Assembly: GCA_038045445.1 (NCBI GenBank)
Contig: JBBSYC010000008.1
Coordinates: 870 to 64,869, forward strand
Source: Nanobdellota archaeon
Lineage (GTDB): Archaea > Nanobdellota > Nanobdellia > Pacearchaeales > GW2011-AR1
Reading direction: 5' to 3'
Length of the DNA stretch: 64,000 nucleotides
In this document: positions 56,782 to 64,000 of the stretch, one piece after another
How the letters are laid out: each line of letters begins with the position of its first letter
Position numbering within the stretch: the first letter of the stretch is position 1
Made by a program: the position numbers and the translations under genes
The notes under the pieces: generated by a model
Databases searched by the model: none
What the model was told of the DNA's origin: nothing
Seen by the model: the letters and a program-made list of their open reading frames with translations, nothing else

Positions 56782-58470
56782 TTACCAATAATCTTTCTTT
56801 TTACGCCTTCTGAATAGAAGTAGAACTAAAATTAGACAGATTATAATTGCAATTATCAAGATTATAGTCGTTGGAGATATAATTTGTATTTTAAGAGGGA
56901 ATTTGCCTTGAAGAATGTTTACTAGACTGTCAGACCTCTGACCATAGTAAGCAGTTAAATCTACGATTGCATTCTTGTCTAAATCTGAATCATCCATTTC
57001 TTGTTCTATAATAACCAAACCTTTTTTTTCAGATTTTAGTTGAATATTCCCTTCCGAACCTAAAGTTGTTCTTCTCCCATCAATTAGCATATCTGAAAGC
57101 TCTGCATCTACCCAACAAGTTGCTTTCTCGAGATTTTTTATTTTAATTATGAATGAGTCTTTTGGTTTACTATATATTAAACTCCTAATCTCTATGTTGC
57201 AATCATCAATTGAGTCTATTTGTTCTATTTGAATTCTTGTTTCAAGAATTTTCTCTAATGCCGAGGGAGTCTCACCATAGACTGCAAATATATCCAATGA
57301 AAGGTCTTCACCAATCAGATTAATTCCGGGGTAAATTACGGTTTTATAGTCTCCTGGTGAGATAAATACTGATTCTGTGTCTCCAAATCTGCTACCTTCA
57401 CCATTTTCATCAATAGGAGTTATTGTCCCTTTAAAATAAACAGGGACATTTGAATCACTCTTATATGTTAATTCTATTTGGGAACTTGCACGATTGTATT
57501 TTGCCGAATGAATAGTTAGTTTCATTACAGGAGTTGGAAGATAAAATAAATCAAGTCCCTCTACGGCAGCTATTGGTCCACTGGCACTTCTTGCCCCTTG
57601 TGCAAACTTAACTATTACACTTATTCCTGTGCTTCTTCTTATGTTTGTTGCTGCACCTACCAAATCAGAACCAACCAAAACTCCTACAGAAAAATCAGAG
57701 CTCTGTAGATATTTCTGTATTTGCTCTGGAACATTATCTTTACCAGTGAACATTATGGGGTCAAAACCGCTCATTAATCCTTTCTCTATAAATTCTCCGT
57801 TTGTAAATGCTAATTGTTCTGTTGGAAAGATTTTAATGTATTTTTTAACTATCTCTATATTATCTTCAAATCTATCTCCCGTATCTATTATTTCTGGATT
57901 GTATGCCGATAGCTCATCTTTGACTTCTCTATCTACTGGGCCATAAATTATAAGGTTTTCAACATTTATATCTTCAAGGATAGAACTTATTGAGGCAATA
58001 TTAGAGGAGTCTGCAAAAAATACCCAAGATTTTGACTTGACTGCGTATGGAGCTACTGCAATGGCGGATTGTCCATAGGTGCTTCCAACAACGATGAAAT
58101 TATTTATACCTTCTAACTCTCGAATCAAATATTCATTAGCCGAGTCAACTGAAATCTCCCTTTCTACCTTAAATCCTCTCGCTTCTAAATCTTTTTCATA
58201 TGAAATTACTTGGGGTCTTCTGTCTGAACTTATTATTCGGATAGCGTTTTGTTTGTTTAGACCGTTCATTAAAAGGGGTCCATGCCTGACACTTACGAGA
58301 AACTGTGTATCTACGCCGATTAAGTTGCCATAATGAACTATAGAATAAACATCTCTCCAATCTTCAGAATTTGAAATCACTTGTTCAAATGGATTTTCTT
58401 GAGCCGAAACCAGATGAATTAATAAAAATGAAATTGTGGCTAATAAAAAAAAATACTTTTTCATGACCAA
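56782..58470 (-). CDS. exported single-pass membrane protein (hypothetical; alpha/beta repeat ectodomain)
   Basis: Signal peptide MVMKKYFFLLATISFLLIHLVSA and a C-terminal TM with an RRRKKK tail; 562-aa product. Confidence 0.5.
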   Translation of the reverse strand: MVMKKYFFLLATISFLLIHLVSAQENPFEQVISNSEDWRDVYSIVHYGNLIGVDTQFLVSVRHGPLLMNGLNKQNAIRIISSDRRPQVISYEKDLEARGFKVEREISVDSANEYLIRELEGINNFIVVGSTYGQSAIAVAPYAVKSKSWVFFADSSNIASISSILEDINVENLIIYGPVDREVKDELSAYNPEIIDTGDRFEDNIEIVKKYIKIFPTEQLAFTNGEFIEKGLMSGFDPIMFTGKDNVPEQIQKYLQSSDFSVGVLVGSDLVGAATNIRRSTGISVIVKFAQGARSASGPIAAVEGLDLFYLPTPVMKLTIHSAKYNRASSQIELTYKSDSNVPVYFKGTITPIDENGEGSRFGDTESVFISPGDYKTVIYPGINLIGEDLSLDIFAVYGETPSALEKILETRIQIEQIDSIDDCNIEIRSLIYSKPKDSFIIKIKNLEKATCWVDAELSDMLIDGRRTTLGSEGNIQLKSEKKGLVIIEQEMDDSDLDKNAIVDLTAYYGQRSDSLVNILQGKFPLKIQIISPTTIILIIAIIICLILVLLLFRRRKKKDYW

Positions 58471-58592
58471 AATACCATTACTGACTATATAAATATTTAT
58501 TTGGGATTAAGCGAATTGATTGTTTAAGCTTTAAGTTCTGTTGACTTGATTGAAAGCAATGTCTATAAATAGTTTAACATTGAAATAAGAGT

Positions 58593-59396
58593 ATGAGGCT
58601 ATCTCAACTTTTGCTTAATCCCAACAAAGCAGAACGCCATCCTGCTGAAATGATTCTTGTGGGATTTTTTTATGCTTCTCTATCCCTTGTCTGTAGCAAT
58701 TGGCTTTTTCCAGAATATTCTTCAATAACTGCTGTTTTTCTTACAACTATCTCTTGCCTTTATATAATACAAGGTGCAATACTAATTGAAGAAGAAAGAG
58801 AGGGTAAATTTGAAAGTGAAAAAAGTCTTCTGAAGCATCATTCTGGAGTAATTGCTTTAATTTTTTATTTATTTGTGGGTTTTTTTCTTGCATTTTTGTT
58901 CTGGAATATTATTCTTCCAGAAAGTTTAAGCACTAACTTATTCGAAGCACAAAAAAATGAGGTTGAAAACATTCAAAGAATTACTGGAAGAAGTGTTGCT
59001 TTTGGAGATTTTGCTACCATTTTTATAAATAATCTCAAAGTAATGGGGATATCTGTTCTTTTTGCAGTATTCTATGGTTCTGGAGCAGTATTTATTCTTG
59101 CATGGAATGCAAGTGTCATAGGCTTTGTTATTGGAGAAATAATAAAAAACACTACTGGAATTTCTGCTCTACCTATTCTTTTATTCAAGTATGCTATACA
59201 CGGTATTCCTGAAATGGTTGCCTACTTTGTGGCTGCTCTTGCAGGAGGGATACTTTTTGTTACAATAATAAGAGGAGATTATTCTAAAGATAGAATAATT
59301 AGAACCTGCATTGATTTTAGTGTCCTTATATTTATATCAATAGTGCTTCTGGGAATTGCAGGAATTGTAGAATCTTACTTTTCGTCAGCTATTTAG
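58593..59396 (+). CDS. SpoIIM/DUF95-family membrane protein
   Basis: Polytopic; VMGISVLFAVFYGSGAVFILAWNASVIGFVIG matches the conserved DUF95 core; 267-aa product. Confidence 0.5.
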   Translation: MRLSQLLLNPNKAERHPAEMILVGFFYASLSLVCSNWLFPEYSSITAVFLTTISCLYIIQGAILIEEEREGKFESEKSLLKHHSGVIALIFYLFVGFFLAFLFWNIILPESLSTNLFEAQKNEVENIQRITGRSVAFGDFATIFINNLKVMGISVLFAVFYGSGAVFILAWNASVIGFVIGEIIKNTTGISALPILLFKYAIHGIPEMVAYFVAALAGGILFVTIIRGDYSKDRIIRTCIDFSVLIFISIVLLGIAGIVESYFSSAI

Positions 59397-62300
59397 ACTT
59401 GAGACCAATTTACTGTTCTGTTAACTGAAACCTCATACCCTCTTTCCATGTGAATGGTGAAATTTGTTCCTAAATATGGTGGACCTATTGGAAGAGGATT
59501 TTTTATGAATCCTTGCGAAGTTTGAAGTTCTGAATTCCACCATGAAACCGCATCCGCACCAGAAATATTTATTAGTAGATTGGAAGCTACTCTAAGAGAT
59601 GTGTTTGCAGTCAGTGCAATCCAATTAATTCCTGAGCTTGAAGCATTTTTAATAAGTGTAAGATTTGTAGGCTGGCGAACTATTCCTACAAGACTCCAAT
59701 TCATTGCTGAAGGAGCTGAACTGTTAACGAAGATTGAGTAAGCTACCCCATTAGATATTGAAAAGTCACAATTTGTTTCTGTGCATTCTGGGAATTGAGG
59801 GCACGAAAATTTATTACAAGTTATTTTACGTTGAATCGTTGAGTTTAACAAAACTACGCTGGTGATATTTGGAATATTGTATAATGTGTTATTTGCTGTA
59901 TCTATTCTTGAAGAATTTGTTGGAAATGCTACTAAATTCTTAGTATTTGTCGTATGCCTTATTGTATAAACATGTGCTCCAAAGTATTGTGAGCTTGCAT
60001 TTTCCCCTGCTGGATTTACCGCAGTAACTAAATAGAATTTTCGCGTGTTATTTGCAAAATTGCTATCTGTGTAATTAGTGGATGTATTATCCGTAACTAA
60101 ATTTAATTGAGTAAAATTTGTTCCTGCATAGACTTTATAACTTAAAGAGTGGTTTGAAGAGTTCCAGATTAAGGTTATATTTCCTCTTCCATCTTCTGAT
60201 GTCTGAGTTACATTGTAGATTATAGGAGATTCTGGATAAATGAAAGTTGAAAATGAATGATTTGTTGAATTGAATCCTAATGTTCCAAAGTAATCATAAC
60301 AATAAACATTCCATGAATAGAATCCATCTCCTTGAGTTGTTATTGATGAAAAGTTGAGCTGTGTTTCTTTTTGAGGATTTAAAATTGTCTGATTAATTAC
60401 CCACAAACCTGACCAGTTACCATATAGTGAGCAGTTTACTAATGGGGAAGAGTCATTTACGGTGAAATTAAATTGAGAGACTTGATAATTTGTTATATTT
60501 AGATATGATGAAGGATACAAGAAGTCGACAGTAGGACTTATTCTATTAAGCTCTTCTGTTCTTGTTTCTGTTTTATTTAAGTTTGATACCAAATCATTTA
60601 TAGTGATATTATAATAATAAATTGCTGCTGAAAGATTTGTCCAGTTTATAGTAGTTATTAAAGAGTCATAAGTTGTCCTATTCACAAGAGTCATGCCTGC
60701 AGTATTGTTGTAAAGCTCATAGGTTATGTTTGCAAAGTTTGATTCTGTTACGCTGACATTTACAAATATCCAGTCTCTTTCAAATACTGAATTGTTAGAT
60801 TCTGTTCCATCTGAAAACGAAATTAGAGGGTTTGTAGAATCTATTGTTGTTGTAAACAATGTTGTGCGTGAATTTTCCCATATATCTTCACACGTTATTG
60901 AAACATTGTATTGATTATCTAATATGCTTGTATTTGTGTGTTCAAACAGCCTTGAACTTAAAGAATTGAGTTGTATGGAATCTTCTGAATTTAGACTATA
61001 AGAACAAACCGTTGAATCTTCTAAAGAGGTTATGTTAAACAATATTGAAGTTGAATTGTGATATCTTGCAGGGGAATTTAATCTGATTTCTGGGCCATTA
61101 GTATCGTAATTAAAATTAAAATCAAAGGATTGAAATCCTGCGCTGGATATTGTCGTTTCTAAAGCCGTTCCTCCATCTGGCTGAATCCATGCATTTGTAT
61201 TTGCATCGTATGTTTTTGCCCATAAGTCATCTAAGTCATCTCGCACAATTACTAAAGTCTTATTTTGATCAAGATAACTTTTTGATAAAATATTTTGTTC
61301 TTCATCTGAAAAGGCTGTTAATCCTGAAGCATCGAGTCCTGTGGCTCCTCCTTCCCATGCATTAGTACTTATATTAAATCTAAAGTAGTCCATATTTAAA
61401 CTGACGGCATTATCTGAATATATTGCGAGTCCGTAGTCGCTTGTTCCAGACCATGCAGGGGCCAATAGTTGGGCTGGAGAGACATCTGGATAGATATCTA
61501 TTTCATTACCTGAAAGCGCAAGTGTTTGGGTTCCACTCCAAACTATAGATTCCATATCTTCTAAACCTATATCATGCATAGAGAGAATTATATGGTCGCT
61601 GTTTGGTCTTGCATTTATAACTATTTCTTCCGATTCTTCCAAAAGATTGGTAGTTCTAACTGTTGTATATGAACAGCTACCGTCTTCTTTAGTTGTATAA
61701 TCTATTTCAGTTATTCCATTTACTGAACTTGCTACAAAAAGCGCTCCGGATGATTGTTCATATGCTAAATCTGCATGTTGATAAACCTCTGGGGTTAGGA
61801 GTGTTGATGGAAGTGAAGATGGCTGACACCCCCACTCCGTCCCGTTCCAAATAATTATATTTAGGGCACTTGTATTTGACATAATCATTGCTATTTCTTC
61901 TTTGAATGGATGAGGTTGTAATTTGACATAACTTACTACGCCTGCTCCTATGAGTGTTTGAGGAATTCCTTGGATATTACTGAAGGATGTTCCGTTCCAA
62001 ATAGTGTATGCTGGAGTAGAGTTTCCTTGTGAAAAAACCACTAATGCTTCGGTACCTTTAGACTCATAAGCTACATCAACTTTTAATCTGTTGATTATTG
62101 TTGAAGTGGAAGTCAATTCCCAAGTTGAACCACAAGCAGTTCCATTGTGCCAACAATTTACTCCATTGAGACTGCTGTTCACTTGAACATTGATATCATC
62201 CAATGCATCTGCTGTTACTAAAATATTCTCATCTCTTGTGGGACTTGAGCGAGATCTTATCCACTCCAGAGTTCCTCCGATAGTTGAAGCGTTCAATTCA

Positions 62301-64000
62301 GAGCCAAATCCTGTTCCGTTCCATACCCTATATCGAGGTATTTGAACCGTTCCCTCTCCATAAGAAAGAATTCCTTTTTTTAATTTTAATAGACTACTAT
62401 TTACGGAGAAGGTTACATTCGTTAAGGAAGTTAGTCCGAGAGAATCGTTTGCATATAAATAAAGAATGTGATTTGATTCTGAAACATTAAATTCTGTGCC
62501 TTGACACGAACTTAATGTGATATTTGACTCTTGATTTAGATTATACCAACAATTACTTAAATGAACATCTGAAACTGTGAAATTTAGCAATAAGCTTACG
62601 TTGCTAAAGTAGGTTCTATTTTGGGGTTCTATCAATGAAAGAGTAGGGGGAGTGATGTCTGCTAACTTAATGGTTCTTGTTTCTGTGAGATTAAAATTGT
62701 TCATTAAATCGTTTGTGCTTGTATTATAATAGTAGGTTACATTCTCGCTATTTAAGCCAGTGAAATTTATTGAGGTTACAAGAGAATCATAAGTTGTCCT
62801 ATTCACAAGAGTCATGCCTGCAGTATTGTTGTAAAGCTCATAGGTTATGTTTGCAAAGTTTGATTCTGTTACGCTGACATTTACAAATATCCAGTCTCTT
62901 TCAAATACTGAATTGTTAGATTCTGTTCCATCTGAAAACGAAATTAGAGGGTTTGTAGAATCAATTAATAATGTTTGATTATCGGTCATATTCATATTGT
63001 TGGCTGAATCATGCACTTTAAAGAACCATGTAAAACTGTCGTCGTAAGGTAGAGTAATATTCACCCCAAATAATGAGCTTGTTCCATAATTAAATATGAA
63101 AGTTTGATTAACAAGACTTGAAGAACTGTTATACACAAAAAGTGTTGCGTTTGCGAGTCCTAAATTATCTGTTGCATTCACAGTGAGATTTTGATTTCGT
63201 GAGTTTGAATAGGTATTATTTTGCGGAGAGTATAAAATTGCTAAGGGAGTTGTTGTATCTATTCTTATTACTCTTGTTTCGGTAAAATTTTTATTGCCTG
63301 CTTTGTCTATTATTGTGACATTGTAAAAATAGTCTTTATCTTGGAGACTTGTCCAGTTAACGTCTCTTAGACCTGTTGTTGAGTATGTAGATGCTACTAA
63401 ACCACCTGAATCATAAAGTGTGAAGTTAATTAATTCTTCATTTAATTCGATTACACTGACATTTACAAATATCCAATTTAGAGAAACATTTGCAAATGGC
63501 TGCTCTGTGCCTTCACCGTATGAAATTAAGGGTCTCATTGTATCCACTGAAAAGTTTCTTGAACGTGAACCAGAATTTCCGGCACTATCGTTTGCATAAA
63601 CTGTAATCCTATAATTCGCATCTGCAATTGATGAATTTGTAGCGTTCCACGTGATATTGTTAGTTGTCTGCATGGTGTAATTTGTTAAACTGTCATTTAT
63701 TGAATACCAAACTAAATCTCCTTCTTCAGATAGTTCTACTTGAAAGTAAACTGAAGAATAATTATAAAAATAATTATTTGCTGAAGGAGTGTTAAAGAAT
63801 ATGTCTGGAGGTGAGATATCTCCTAAAGTTAAAGTGACTGTTCTCATTACTGTTGAATTCACGTTTCCCAATATATCTGAAACGCTTACTTGATAGGTAT
63901 AATTTGAAAAGGAGTTATCTAAATTGGTGAAATTTATTGAGGTTACAAGAGAATCATAAGTTGTCCTATTCACAAGGTGGTTTGAACCTGAACTAATATT
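59393..64000 (-). CDS. second giant sequon-rich surface protein (C-terminal part; gene continues past the window end)
   Basis: The minus-strand ORF is open to the window edge, and the ORF-track Met at 63973 is internal. Asn/Ser/Thr-rich, with 68-aa segments repeated exactly. The 4-nt convergent overlap with the SpoIIM-like gene follows from the coordinates. Confidence 0.7.
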   Translation of the reverse strand, partial: NISSGSNHLVNRTTYDSLVTSINFTNLDNSFSNYTYQVSVSDILGNVNSTVMRTVTLTLGDISPPDIFFNTPSANNYFYNYSSVYFQVELSEEGDLVWYSINDSLTNYTMQTTNNITWNATNSSIADANYRITVYANDSAGNSGSRSRNFSVDTMRPLISYGEGTEQPFANVSLNWIFVNVSVIELNEELINFTLYDSGGLVASTYSTTGLRDVNWTSLQDKDYFYNVTIIDKAGNKNFTETRVIRIDTTTPLAILYSPQNNTYSNSRNQNLTVNATDNLGLANATLFVYNSSSSLVNQTFIFNYGTSSLFGVNITLPYDDSFTWFFKVHDSANNMNMTDNQTLLIDSTNPLISFSDGTESNNSVFERDWIFVNVSVTESNFANITYELYNNTAGMTLVNRTTYDSLVTSINFTGLNSENVTYYYNTSTNDLMNNFNLTETRTIKLADITPPTLSLIEPQNRTYFSNVSLLLNFTVSDVHLSNCWYNLNQESNITLSSCQGTEFNVSESNHILYLYANDSLGLTSLTNVTFSVNSSLLKLKKGILSYGEGTVQIPRYRVWNGTGFGSELNASTIGGTLEWIRSRSSPTRDENILVTADALDDINVQVNSSLNGVNCWHNGTACGSTWELTSTSTIINRLKVDVAYESKGTEALVVFSQGNSTPAYTIWNGTSFSNIQGIPQTLIGAGVVSYVKLQPHPFKEEIAMIMSNTSALNIIIWNGTEWGCQPSSLPSTLLTPEVYQHADLAYEQSSGALFVASSVNGITEIDYTTKEDGSCSYTTVRTTNLLEESEEIVINARPNSDHIILSMHDIGLEDMESIVWSGTQTLALSGNEIDIYPDVSPAQLLAPAWSGTSDYGLAIYSDNAVSLNMDYFRFNISTNAWEGGATGLDASGLTAFSDEEQNILSKSYLDQNKTLVIVRDDLDDLWAKTYDANTNAWIQPDGGTALETTISSAGFQSFDFNFNYDTNGPEIRLNSPARYHNSTSILFNITSLEDSTVCSYSLNSEDSIQLNSLSSRLFEHTNTSILDNQYNVSITCEDIWENSRTTLFTTTIDSTNPLISFSDGTESNNSVFERDWIFVNVSVTESNFANITYELYNNTAGMTLVNRTTYDSLITTINWTNLSAAIYYYNITINDLVSNLNKTETRTEELNRISPTVDFLYPSSYLNITNYQVSQFNFTVNDSSPLVNCSLYGNWSGLWVINQTILNPQKETQLNFSSITTQGDGFYSWNVYCYDYFGTLGFNSTNHSFSTFIYPESPIIYNVTQTSEDGRGNITLIWNSSNHSLSYKVYAGTNFTQLNLVTDNTSTNYTDSNFANNTRKFYLVTAVNPAGENASSQYFGAHVYTIRHTTNTKNLVAFPTNSSRIDTANNTLYNIPNITSVVLLNSTIQRKITCNKFSCPQFPECTETNCDFSISNGVAYSIFVNSSAPSAMNWSLVGIVRQPTNLTLIKNASSSGINWIALTANTSLRVASNLLINISGADAVSWWNSELQTSQGFIKNPLPIGPPYLGTNFTIHMERGYEVSVNRTVNWSQV
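60667..60841. repeat. intragenic ~175-nt repeat, copy 1 (100% identical to 62788..62961)
   Basis: The run from tcataagttgtcctattcacaagagtcatgcctgcag through gggtttgtagaatc is identical in both places. Confidence 0.8.
62788..62961. repeat. intragenic ~175-nt repeat, copy 2
   Basis: Same as copy 1. The 5' flank (tgaaatttattgaggttacaagagaatcataag) recurs at 63920–63960, a third copy at the window edge. Confidence 0.8.

Noticed and set aside
37263-64000. Diversity-generating retroelement targeting the giant proteins
   Set aside because: No reverse transcriptase gene or TR/VR near-repeat pair with A-specific mismatches was found. The perfect repeats at 60.7 and 62.8 kb are identical, not A-mutated.

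Overview
Low-GC archaeal chromosomal segment. The archaeal assignment rests on gene content and order: an L21e–RpoF–DUF655–S13–S4–S11–RpoD–L18e–L13–S9 operon, RNase P Rpp21, RpoN, an isolated 5S rRNA and secF-secD. A small-genome, DPANN-like lineage is inference only.

- 0–25 kb: an AT-rich surface-glycan / N-glycosylation island. It contains several GT2s, a Wzx-like flippase, GDP-fucose genes gmd and fcl 14 kb apart, and two TylC3-like sugar C-methyltransferases, one fused to an FdtA-like cupin. It also holds GT39/ArnT-like and CgeB-like transferases, RmlD-like reductases, three NUDIX proteins, DUF218, and a SemiSWEET with an in-frame TAG. Then come secFD, a Gly(UCC)/Arg(CCU)/Leu(CAA) tRNA cluster and the 5S rRNA.
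- 27–32 kb: a MacB-type ABC ATPase with two FtsX permeases and flanking exported single-pass proteins.
- 32.7–37.2 kb: the ribosomal protein / RNAP operon.
- 37–64 kb: a surface-proteome region. It has a 3537-aa N-glycosylation-sequon-rich giant protein and a second giant protein that is partial at the window edge and carries near-identical intragenic DNA repeats. It also has three small secreted paralog-like proteins, a PKD-domain membrane protein, and small AbrB-like and RHH-like genes directly upstream of the large surface-protein genes.

The most novel signals are a 20–23-nt quasi-palindromic DNA motif present three times with fixed spacing to an ATG (a candidate operator/regulon), and two conserved ORFs interrupted by in-frame TAG codons.
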